Shown in pieces: positions 1 through 8,883 of a stretch of 64,000 bases of DNA (the first letter of the stretch is position 1; each line of letters opens with the position of its first letter). The notes beneath the pieces were generated by a model. The model made no database searches. It was not told the DNA's origin and saw only the letters and a list, made by a program, of their open reading frames with translations. A program made the position numbers and the translations under genes. The stretch is from Armatimonadota bacterium (GTDB taxonomy: Bacteria; Armatimonadota; UBA10988). The DNA lies in the NCBI GenBank assembly GCA_016235455.1, contig JACRKZ010000129.1:1-64000 (forward strand), in the 5' to 3' direction.

Positions 1-824
1 GCCCGGTCAAACGCGGCGCCGCAAGGCACGGTCAGTCGCCAGTTGGCGGGCGGCTGTGGCCAGCCGGTGTCCGGCGTCCCGAGGACCTCGAACAGGCCCG
101 CGCCGGTGCGTGGTTGGCGCTCATCGCAGGCGAAGGCGAGCGCCTGCGCCGCGGTGCGCTGCCCGCGCCACGCCGCCGGGTCGAAAGCCGCGGCGCGGTC
201 GCCCTCAACGCCGACGGCCTCGACCCAGTATCGCCCGCCGTGGCGTCGCGACACGACCAGTTGGCCCGCACCGTCGGCCAGGTCGTAGCGCCATTGCTGG
301 CCAACGCCGGGGTCGTACTGGTAGTCCGGGTAGCCGATCAGGCCGGTCCGCGGGACCGCGGGCAGGTACTTGGGCACCAGGTCGGCCAAGGTGGCGGGCG
401 GCTCGCCATAGTCGCGCTCATAGGCGCGGACGGCGTCGATGAGCGGCTGCGAACGCCGGCCCAGGTCGTCGAGCCGCGCGAGTCGGACCGGGCTCACCCA
501 ATCAGCACCCCGCCCCGGTAGCCAGATCAGCACCGGCCAGGCCAAGCACAGCAGCAAGCCCGCCAGTCGCACGCGCCCGGGCGGCCGCCGGTCCATGTGC
601 CAGGCCACGGCCGCGGCCAGCGCCGTCAGCGGCATCACGATGACCAGCGTCAGGCCGCCCAGCAGCGGCCCCAAGTCCCACAGATCTCCGGCCCACGGAC
701 AAGCGGGACCGCGCAGCACCGGCAGGATCGGGCTCAGCACGCCCAGGAGCCCCGACCCAGTCACCAGCACCAGCCTCGTGCTGGCCAGTATGGCCTTGTT
801 CGGTCGCCACCCGGCGGTAGCCAT
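1..824 (-). CDS. Membrane protein with GspG/pseudopilin-like motif, paralog P1 of tandem array (3' end runs off window start)
   Basis: Not in the ORF track because it has no stop inside the window. Manual translation from ATG at 824: MATAGWRPNKAILASTRLVLVTG... hydrophobic segments ...RRSQPLIDAVRAYERDYGEPPATLADLVPKYLPAVPRTGLIGYPDYQY...FDPAAWR...VLGTPD...WRLTV; open down to position 3. Confidence 0.8.
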   Translation of the reverse strand, partial: MATAGWRPNKAILASTRLVLVTGSGLLGVLSPILPVLRGPACPWAGDLWDLGPLLGGLTLVIVMPLTALAAAVAWHMDRRPPGRVRLAGLLLCLAWPVLIWLPGRGADWVSPVRLARLDDLGRRSQPLIDAVRAYERDYGEPPATLADLVPKYLPAVPRTGLIGYPDYQYDPGVGQQWRYDLADGAGQLVVSRRHGGRYWVEAVGVEGDRAAAFDPAAWRGQRTAAQALAFACDERQPRTGAGLFEVLGTPDTGWPQPPANWRLTVPCGAAFDR

Positions 825-913
825 CGCCTGTCATCCTTGTCTGTGCTCAGAGCGCCCCGGCAAGTCAGCGTTGTGACAGCCAGCACCGCCGGACCCGCCG
901 GCCGGCCGCTCGC

Positions 914-1822
914 TCAATAGTCGTACAGCCACCACCGCCCCAGTCGCCGCTCCCGCCCATCGGCGCTGGACTGGGGGTAGCGCTCGAACGGCACATACAG
1001 CACGCCGCGACCACGCCGGCCGGTGAAGACGGAGGCATCGAGCGACCACGCGCCCTCGGGTGGCGCATCGCGCCAGTCGGGCAGACCCAGCATCGACAGC
1101 GCGGTCAGGCGAGACAAGCCTTGCCGGCTCAGTTCGACAAAGGCGGCCGCCTGCGCCGGGCTGCGGTCACGTCGCCAGAGCCGCGGGTCGAACACTGCGC
1201 CAGCCACGCTCTGCGCGCCGATCAGCTCTGCGTCATGCAAGCGGCCGGCCAACCATAGGCACAGCTCTCCGCCACCAGCCAGCCGGTAGTGGTGGCGCCA
1301 GCCCGCGGATGGATCGTAGCCAAAGGCGCGGTCCCTAGGCGCTCCCGTGCTGGGCAGCCGCGGCAGGTAATCCGGTACCACCGCCGACAGTTTCCGCGGC
1401 GCCGCGCCGTGATCGCGCGTGTAGGCACGCAGCGCGGTGATCAGCGGTGCGGCCCGCTGGTCGACCCGCGCCAGCAGCGCTACCTGGCGACGCTCAGCCA
1501 GCCTTTCGAACCAATGCCCGCCGAGAGGGACCAGCAGCGCACAGGCCGCGCAGAGCGCCGCACCCGCGTAGCCGCGCGCCCTGCTTGCGCGGCCAGACCG
1601 CGCCGCGCTGAGCCACGAATGGGCCGCGACCACCGCGAGCGCCGGCAGCACCCCGACCACGACGCACCGCCCGAACAGCAGGCCCACGAAGGCCAACGGT
1701 CCACCGTCCCAGAGCAGCTCGCAGGCGACGGCGAGCAGGCTGAGCAAGCAGACTGACAGTAGCAGCAAGCTGACTGAGCCGGGCGCCCTTTGGCGAGGCC
1801 CCAACCGGGTGTCTTCCATCAC
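914..1822 (-). CDS. Membrane protein with GspG-like motif, paralog P2
   Basis: About 3 N-terminal hydrophobic segments; PLITALRAYTRDHGAAPRKLSAVVPDYLPRLPSTG; FDPRLWR...MLGLPD; C-terminal GRW. Start overlaps the stop of P3. Confidence 0.8.
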   Translation of the reverse strand: MMEDTRLGPRQRAPGSVSLLLLSVCLLSLLAVACELLWDGGPLAFVGLLFGRCVVVGVLPALAVVAAHSWLSAARSGRASRARGYAGAALCAACALLVPLGGHWFERLAERRQVALLARVDQRAAPLITALRAYTRDHGAAPRKLSAVVPDYLPRLPSTGAPRDRAFGYDPSAGWRHHYRLAGGGELCLWLAGRLHDAELIGAQSVAGAVFDPRLWRRDRSPAQAAAFVELSRQGLSRLTALSMLGLPDWRDAPPEGAWSLDASVFTGRRGRGVLYVPFERYPQSSADGRERRLGRWWLYDY

Positions 1823-2637
1823 GACCTCCCGTAGCCCCAGCGGCCGAAGATGGACCGGGTGCCGCGCGCCGGGTGCCGGGCCTCGAGCCAGTGCTCATCC
1901 AGGAGGCTGTCGCGCAGGTGCACGCCCAGCCGCCAGGAGGACAAGGACTCGACGGTGCTGGGCTGGCCCAGGCGCGCGGTGATCTGGGCGCGAGTCATGC
2001 CGTTGTTCGGACCTGGGCCGTGGTAGGTCTCTGTGGATGCAGGAGTAGTGAACTGCGCGACCCACGGCCTGCCGTCGGCCGAGCGCCAGGTGACGCGCTC
2101 GCCGTAGGCGCGGTAGTCGTACTCCGGGCAGGCGGGCCAGCCCGTGTGTGGCACGGCGGGCAGATAGGCCGGCACCAGCACCGTCAGCGTCGGCGGCACA
2201 TGGCCGTGGTCCGCGGTATACTGGTCCAGCACCGCCACTAGCGGGGCCGAGCGCCGAACCAGCCGCCACTCCGCCCGGGTGTCGCACCAGTTGACCAGCG
2301 GCACCACCGCCAGCCAGGCGGCCACGGCCAGCACCGGCACCACCGCGGCCCGGAGGGTGCGGACCCGGTCGCCGGTGGTGGCGACTCGCAGCACCGACAC
2401 CAGGCCAACCATCACCGCCAGCACGATGCCGGCACCCCTAGCGATGAAGCGGTCGATGAAGAAGCCGAACCGGTCGAGCTCCGCGCCAGGCTGGCCAAAG
2501 CCCGGCCACTGGCCCCACTGGCTAAGCAGCACCACACTCAGCGGCCACCACAGGCTGACCGCCAGACCCAGGCGCAGCCAGATCCCCTGGTCGGGGCCAA
2601 AGCTCTGACGCTGACCGCGCTGCCTAGTCTCGGACAT
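1819..2637 (-). CDS. Membrane protein with GspG-like motif, paralog P3
   Basis: About 3 TM segments; PLVAVLDQYTADHGHVPPTLTVLVPAYLPAVPHTGWP; GMTRAQITARLGQP (SmpA/OmlA-like); C-terminal GRW. Confidence 0.8.
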   Translation of the reverse strand: MSETRQRGQRQSFGPDQGIWLRLGLAVSLWWPLSVVLLSQWGQWPGFGQPGAELDRFGFFIDRFIARGAGIVLAVMVGLVSVLRVATTGDRVRTLRAAVVPVLAVAAWLAVVPLVNWCDTRAEWRLVRRSAPLVAVLDQYTADHGHVPPTLTVLVPAYLPAVPHTGWPACPEYDYRAYGERVTWRSADGRPWVAQFTTPASTETYHGPGPNNGMTRAQITARLGQPSTVESLSSWRLGVHLRDSLLDEHWLEARHPARGTRSIFGRWGYGRS

Positions 2638-3511
2638 CGGTCCACCTCCCCACCTGCCCAGGCGCGCCGACAGCCTCGGCCGGCACGTAGCGCAGCGTCA
2701 ATCGGCTGGGCATGGGCATCGCCAGGCTGAGCGACCACGTAGCCTCGTCGGGTCCATTGCCGGCGTCGGGCACGCCCAGCATGGCCACGAGGGCGCGGAG
2801 CCCGTAGTGGCCCTCGACGTCGCGCGCAAAGGCCAGCCCCTGGCCCACCGGCCGTCCTCGGCGCCAGGCCATTGCGTCGAAGTGCGCCACGGGCGTGCCC
2901 TCGACGCCGACCACCTTCCCCAGAGCCCGGCCGCCAGAGATATCGAGCCGCAACGCGCCCCGGCTCAGCCGGTAGACCAGCGTGCGGGCGGCTGCGTTGT
3001 AGCGCAACACCGCGCCGCGGAGCAGTGCTGGACCGGGCTCGCTGGCCAGGTAAGCCGGCACCAGGTCGCTCAGCTCCTTCGGCGGCTGGCCATGGTCGCG
3101 CTGATACGCCGCGAGCGCATCGACCACCGGGGCGAGGCGCGGGGTGAGCGCCCAAAGCCGGCGGTGCTGGACACGCTCCACCACTCTGTCCACCACCGGA
3201 GCCGCCAGGCCGGCCAGCAGGGCCAACATCAGGCACACGGCCGCACCCAGCCGCCGGATGCGCGCCGGCCAGCGTTGGTCCAACAGCCAGGCGCCTGCGG
3301 CCACGGCGGTCAGCGGCGGCACCGCCAGCCACAAGGTCATCATGGCAGTGAGATCGCACAGGCCGTGCCCGCCTACGGCCGCCAGACGCCCCAGCAACCC
3401 AGAGCCCACCGCGCCGGCGAGCAGGAGCATTGGCAGCCAGACCGGGTCCTGCCGCGCGATCGGCCGCCATGCAGCCGAGGCTCGCTCAGTCAAAGTCGTG
3501 GTAGTAGACAT
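2624..3511 (-). CDS. Membrane protein with GspG-like motif, paralog P4
   Basis: Start moved to ATG 3511 (MSTTTT). TM segments; PVVDALAAYQRDHGQPPKELSDLVPAYLASEP; FDAMAWR...MLGVPD; C-terminal GRW. Confidence 0.78.
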   Translation of the reverse strand: MSTTTTLTERASAAWRPIARQDPVWLPMLLLAGAVGSGLLGRLAAVGGHGLCDLTAMMTLWLAVPPLTAVAAGAWLLDQRWPARIRRLGAAVCLMLALLAGLAAPVVDRVVERVQHRRLWALTPRLAPVVDALAAYQRDHGQPPKELSDLVPAYLASEPGPALLRGAVLRYNAAARTLVYRLSRGALRLDISGGRALGKVVGVEGTPVAHFDAMAWRRGRPVGQGLAFARDVEGHYGLRALVAMLGVPDAGNGPDEATWSLSLAMPMPSRLTLRYVPAEAVGAPGQVGRWTDVRD

Positions 3512-4190
3512 CCGGGTTGCTCCAGCGACCGAACGGCGCCTGAGTAGCGAAATAGGAACGAGCACGCAGGCTGTTGTTGAAGTCCTTGACCCGCAGCGTC
3601 CAGCAGCGGAGCGGGTCGGTCTGGGCACGGTGCGCGGGCGAACCATGCGCCCAATACGCGAACCGGGGATAGCCGGGCCAGCCCGTGCCGGGCACGGCCG
3701 GCAGGTAGGCGGGCACCAACTCCGCTAACGACAGCGGCGCATGGCCATGCTCGGCGGTGAAGCGGTCCAGGGCGGCGATGAGCGGCTCGGAACGCCGCGT
3801 CATGGCCTGAACACTGCGCTGATCGAGCCACCGCAGGGCCGGGTCGACCAGCAGGCACTCGCCGGCATAGACCAGCCCGCACAGCACCAGCATCCGGCCC
3901 TGCCGCGGGGACCGGGCCGACCGCACGCCGTGCACGCCGGCGACGACCAGTGCCGGCACGATGAACCAGCCCAGCGACCAGGAGAGGATGACTGACAGCA
4001 CGCCCATGGTGCGCGCGCCGGCTGACCAGCCGCCGGCCGACGCCGCATGGAACGGCCACTGCGCCATGATCAGCGCACCCACGGGCGCCCAGAGCAGCAG
4101 GGCGATGCCGATCCACAGCCAGGTGGTGCGTTCGGGGCCGAACTGCTGTCGCGTAACGTGCGCGCGGCGCTTCTCGCGATGTTCGGACAT
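3486..4190 (-). CDS. Membrane protein with GspG-like motif, paralog P5 (short form)
   Basis: Start ATG 4190 with GAGGGGAG upstream; about 3 TM; PLIAALDRFTAEHGHAPLSLAELVPAYLPAVPGTGWPGYP; GRW near the C-terminus. Confidence 0.8.
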   Translation of the reverse strand: MSEHREKRRAHVTRQQFGPERTTWLWIGIALLLWAPVGALIMAQWPFHAASAGGWSAGARTMGVLSVILSWSLGWFIVPALVVAGVHGVRSARSPRQGRMLVLCGLVYAGECLLVDPALRWLDQRSVQAMTRRSEPLIAALDRFTAEHGHAPLSLAELVPAYLPAVPGTGWPGYPRFAYWAHGSPAHRAQTDPLRCWTLRVKDFNNSLRARSYFATQAPFGRWSNPDVYYHDFD

Positions 4191-4254
4191 GGCACGGCTC
4201 CCCTCTGCCTGCATCGTTCCCGCGCCGGCGCGGCCTCAAACCAGTCGGCCGCGA

Positions 4255-5190
4255 CTACTCGTGGACATACGCCCACCGGCCTGCCCGCTCGATTTCGCCA
4301 CCATGCGCGTACCGCGGGTAGCGCTCGGTGGGCAGGTAGTAGAACTGGTCGAAGCCGAGCCCGAGCGTGCAGTCGACCACCAGCCGCCAAGCGCCCTCGG
4401 CGGGCGGCGCCTCGGCGTCGGCGGGCGGCAGGCCGAGGCGACACGTGTGCGTGGCGTGCCAGCTCGGGTCGTGGCGCCAGCAGTCGGCGAAGGCACGCTT
4501 GAGTGGACGCCTGCCCGACGCGACCCAAGCAGGTCCCGGCGTGATGCGCGACCATAATGGCCAGCCGCCATCCTCGTACAGCTCCAGGACGTTGCCGTCG
4601 TCGAGCTGCCAGCGCTCCACCACGCTGTTCGCGGGCTCGTAGCGCCACTGCGGATAGCCCACCAGCCCCGTGCCCGGCACGGCCGGCAGATAGCGCGGCA
4701 CCAGCGCGGCCAAGCTCGGTGCCGACTGACCGTGGTCGCGGTGGTAGGCCCGCAGCGCCTCGACCAGCGGCCGCGCGCGGCCGGCGGCTCGTTCAAACCC
4801 GGCCATGCGCGCCTCGTCGACCGACGACAGGACCGCCCAGGTCCCCACGGCGACGAACGCCGCCGCGGCAGCGCAGGACGCCGCCGCCGCCACGCGTGGC
4901 ACCAGGCGCAGGCCGCTCGCCGTGCCATACAGCGCGGCCAACAGCAACCAGCCCAGCGGCATCAGCAGCAGGCCCAGGCCGGCGCCGGGCAGGATCGCCA
5001 GGCTGGCCCAAGCCCTGCTAGCCGCCCACGGCTGGCCGTCCTGGGTCGGCAGGAGTACAACGAGGGGCAGCGGCACAGCCACAAGGCTGACCGGCAGCAA
5101 CACCAGCAGAGCCAGAGCCAGCAGCGGCACCACCACCGGTGGCCGCGTCGGCCTCGAGCCGAACCGTCGCCGTCCGAGCGCCAAGGCCAT
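4255..5190 (-). CDS. Membrane protein with GspG-like motif, paralog P6 (first gene of array)
   Basis: Start ATG 5190 with AGAGGGG upstream; TM segments; PLVEALRAYHRDHGQSAPSLAALVPRYLPAVPGTGLVGYP; C-terminus FDQFYYLPTERYP...AGRWAYVHE. Confidence 0.8.
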   Translation of the reverse strand: MALALGRRRFGSRPTRPPVVVPLLALALLVLLPVSLVAVPLPLVVLLPTQDGQPWAASRAWASLAILPGAGLGLLLMPLGWLLLAALYGTASGLRLVPRVAAAASCAAAAAFVAVGTWAVLSSVDEARMAGFERAAGRARPLVEALRAYHRDHGQSAPSLAALVPRYLPAVPGTGLVGYPQWRYEPANSVVERWQLDDGNVLELYEDGGWPLWSRITPGPAWVASGRRPLKRAFADCWRHDPSWHATHTCRLGLPPADAEAPPAEGAWRLVVDCTLGLGFDQFYYLPTERYPRYAHGGEIERAGRWAYVHE

Positions 5191-5364
5191 GAGAGACCCC
5201 TCTGGGGCCATGGTTCCCTGGGCCAGCGCACACCAAACGGCGCCCGCCGCGCCAGACCGCCCGCCGGTCCAGCAAACGAGTGGCGCCACATGCCGGCCAC
5301 ACAGCCAGCAATCCCAGTGTGACGGTCAGGTGTCAATGTGATATCATTACCATTGCGCATTGAA

Positions 5365-5429
5365 TTGACGCAAGAGACATCCATCTCATATTGTGACGAT
5401 TCGGCGATACGATTGCACGGTAAACGTGC
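5365..5429 (+). promoter_or_regulatory. Putative sigma70 promoter and operator-like inverted repeat upstream of the pilin-like gene
   Basis: Locally AT-rich; TTGACG (5365-5370), 18 bp, TATTGT (5389-5394); inverted repeat GCACG-GTAAA-CGTGC at 5415-5429. Confidence 0.4.
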
Positions 5430-5445
5430 CAGGAGACCCTAGGTA

Positions 5446-6123
<678 letters not shown>

Positions 6124-6145
6124 GCAACTCGCCGCAAGGCTAGCG

Positions 6146-6180
6146 ACAGCGGGCGCCCTACGGGGCGCCCGTTGTGGTTT
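6146..6180 (+). terminator. Hairpin between convergent genes, probable terminator
   Basis: ACAGCGGGCGCCC-TACG-GGGCGCCCGTTGT followed by GGTTT. Confidence 0.65.
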
Positions 6181-6183
6181 GGG

Positions 6184-8811
6184 TCACCCACCCCGCGCCA
6201 ACTGCTGCAGTTCGTACAGTCGGTTGATGGCCTCGATCGGCGTCAAGCGCATGACATCGAGCGCACGTAACGCCTCCAGCGCCGGGTTCTCGGGCTCGGG
6301 CTCGATGAAGAGACTAAGCTGCGCGGGCTGGAACTCGGGCGCCTCGGGCACCCCGCTGGGGTCGCGTCGGTCGCGTTCCAAGCTGTCGAGGATCTGTTGC
6401 GCGCGGCGGATGGTCCATTGCGGCAGGCCCGCCAGCCGCGCCACCTCGATACCGTAGCTGCGGTCGGTGCCGCCGGGCTCGATGCGATGCAGGAAATGCA
6501 CGCCGCGCTGATCCTCGGTCACCGCCACGCGGTAGTTGCTGACCCGCGCCAGGCGCTCCTCGAGCGCGTTGAGGTCGTGGTAGTGCGTGGCGAACAGCGT
6601 CTTGGCGCCGGAGCGCTCGCGGTCGTGCAGGTACTCCACCACGGCCCAGGCGATGCTCATGCCGTCATACGTGCTGGTGCCGCGGCCGATCTCATCGAGC
6701 ACCACCAGGCTGCGTCGCGTGGCGTTGTGCAGGATGTTGGCCGTCTCGGTCATCTCCACCATGAAGGTCGACTGGCCGGTGGCCAGGTCGTCCTGGGCGC
6801 CGACGCGGGTGAAGATGCGGTCGACCACGCCGATCTCGGCACTGTCGGCCGGCACGTACGAGCCGAGTTGGGCCATCAGCGTGATCAGGGCCACCTGCCG
6901 CAGGTAGGTGCTCTTGCCGGCCATGTTGGGGCCAGTGATGATGTGGATCTGGCTGGTGCGCGTGTCGAGCCCGGTGTCGTTGGGCACGAACGAGTGCTCG
7001 GGCCGTGTTGCCTCGACGATGGGATGGCGGCCATTGCGGATGGTCAGCACATCGCGCTCATCGACCACGGGCCGCGTGTAGCCGCGCTCGGCGGCGATGT
7101 GCGCCAGCGCGCCGTAGACATCGGCTTCGGCCAGCGCGCGCGCCGTGGTCAGGATGGGCTCGGCGTGTTCGGCCACCGTGGCTCGCACCTGGCCGAACAG
7201 CTCGGCCTCCAGCGCGGCCAGGCGCTCCTCGGCGCCCAGCACCTTGGATTCATACTCCTTGAGCTCGGGCGAGATGTAGCGCTCGGCGTTGGCCAGCGTC
7301 TGCTTGCGAATGTAGCGATCCGGCACCAGGTGCACGTTCGAGCGGGTGACTTCGAGGTAGTAGCCAAAGACCTGGTTGAAGCCGACCTTGAGGTTGCCGA
7401 TGCCCGTCGCGGCGCGTTCGGTGGCTTCCAGATCGGTGATCCAGCCCTTGCCCTGGCTGGCGATCGCGCGCAGTTCGTCCAGGTCTGGGCTGTAGCCAGG
7501 GCGGATGGCGCCGCCGTCCTTGAGCTGCGGCGGCGGGTCATCGCTCAGCGCTCGATCGAGCAGCGTCACCAACTCGCCCAGGTCGACCATCTCACCCGCC
7601 AGCTCGGCCATGCGTCGCGCGGGCAGGTCGGCCAGGAGGAGCTGCACCTCGGGCAGGCGGCGCAGGCCCTCGCGCAACGCCACCAGGTCGCGCGGCAAGG
7701 CGCGGTTGGTGACTGCCTTGGTGACCAGGCGCTCCAGATCGGAGACGCGCCGGAGTTCCGTGCGCACATCCTCGCGGCCGATGACATCGCCGAACAGGCA
7801 GTTGACCGCATCGAGCCGCCGGCCGATGGCCTCGGCGTTGACCAGCGGCCGCACCAGCCAGGAGCGCAGCAGCCGCGCGCCCATGGGCGTCTGCGTGGCG
7901 TCGAGCAGCCACAGCAGCGTGCCGAACCCGGCCTGGCCTTCGCGTAGCGTGGTGACCAGCTCGAGGTTGCGCCGCGTGGCCGCGTCCAGCGTCATGTAGT
8001 CGCCGGTGGTGTAGGTGGCCAGCGTGGTGAGCTGCGCGGCCACCGCGCGCTGGGTCTCGTGAACGTACCGGAGCAGTGTCGCTGCCGCCGCCACCGCCAA
8101 CGGCCGCTGCGCCAGGCCCAGCCCGCGCAGGTCGCCGATGCCAAAATGGCGGCAGAGCACCTCCTCAGCGCTCTGCGTAGTGCTCTCGCCTGGCTCCACC
8201 TCGGTCACCGCGGCGCCCACGCGAGCGATGATGGTGTCCTTGACCGTGGGCGTGGTCTGCATGGAGAACGGCCAGAGCACCTCCGCGGGCTGCAGCCGCT
8301 CCAACTCGTCGATCAGCCCACGCAGAGCATGGTCGCCGGCGAACTCGGTGACCAGGAACTCGCCGGTGGAGACGTCACCGACGGCCAGCGCATAGGCTCG
8401 CGGCCCGTCGGCCAGCGCCACCAGGTAGTTGTTGGCCCGCTGGTCGAGCAGCGCGTCCTCGGTGACCGTGCCGGGGGTGATGACGCGCACCACGTCGCGC
8501 TTGACCAGACCTTTGGCCAGCGCGGCATCCTCGGTCTGCTCGACCACCGCCGCACGCAGGCCCTGGCGCATGAGCCGGGGCACATAGCGGTCCAGCGCAT
8601 GGTGGGGCAGGCCGCACATGGGCACGCGAATGCCCTTGCCCATGTCGCGGCTGGTCAGCGTCAACTCCAGCGCGCGGCTGGCCTGCTCGGCGTCGGACTC
8701 GAACAGCTCATAGAAGTCGCCCAGCCGGAACAGCAGCAGCACACCGGGGTGCCGCGATTTGAGCTCGCGGTACTGGCGCAGCATGGGGGGCAGTTTGGCC
8801 AGGTCGGACAT
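6184..8811 (-). CDS. mutS: DNA mismatch repair protein MutS
   Basis: PMLRQY, FRLGDFYELF, TGPNMAGKSTYLRQ, STFMVEM, DEIGRGTST, FATHYH, SYGIEVARLAG. Start moved to ATG 8811. Confidence 0.98.
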   Translation of the reverse strand: MSDLAKLPPMLRQYRELKSRHPGVLLLFRLGDFYELFESDAEQASRALELTLTSRDMGKGIRVPMCGLPHHALDRYVPRLMRQGLRAAVVEQTEDAALAKGLVKRDVVRVITPGTVTEDALLDQRANNYLVALADGPRAYALAVGDVSTGEFLVTEFAGDHALRGLIDELERLQPAEVLWPFSMQTTPTVKDTIIARVGAAVTEVEPGESTTQSAEEVLCRHFGIGDLRGLGLAQRPLAVAAAATLLRYVHETQRAVAAQLTTLATYTTGDYMTLDAATRRNLELVTTLREGQAGFGTLLWLLDATQTPMGARLLRSWLVRPLVNAEAIGRRLDAVNCLFGDVIGREDVRTELRRVSDLERLVTKAVTNRALPRDLVALREGLRRLPEVQLLLADLPARRMAELAGEMVDLGELVTLLDRALSDDPPPQLKDGGAIRPGYSPDLDELRAIASQGKGWITDLEATERAATGIGNLKVGFNQVFGYYLEVTRSNVHLVPDRYIRKQTLANAERYISPELKEYESKVLGAEERLAALEAELFGQVRATVAEHAEPILTTARALAEADVYGALAHIAAERGYTRPVVDERDVLTIRNGRHPIVEATRPEHSFVPNDTGLDTRTSQIHIITGPNMAGKSTYLRQVALITLMAQLGSYVPADSAEIGVVDRIFTRVGAQDDLATGQSTFMVEMTETANILHNATRRSLVVLDEIGRGTSTYDGMSIAWAVVEYLHDRERSGAKTLFATHYHDLNALEERLARVSNYRVAVTEDQRGVHFLHRIEPGGTDRSYGIEVARLAGLPQWTIRRAQQILDSLERDRRDPSGVPEAPEFQPAQLSLFIEPEPENPALEALRALDVMRLTPIEAINRLYELQQLARGG

Positions 8812-8883
8812 GCGGGCAAGGGTAGCATCGGCGGCCGGTTGCGGCAAGGCGGTGTGCCGGCCGCCGATGCGCCCGAGCCCTGC

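Noticed and set aside
430-480. Apparent frameshift in the first array gene
   Set aside because: Re-reading gives GAC CTG GGC CGG CGT TCG CAG in frame. The ORF is intact and missing from the track only because its stop lies outside the window.
1-5190. Diversity-generating retroelement or CRISPR explanation for the paralog array
   Set aside because: No reverse transcriptase, no near-identical template/variable repeat pair and no regularly spaced direct repeats in the window.
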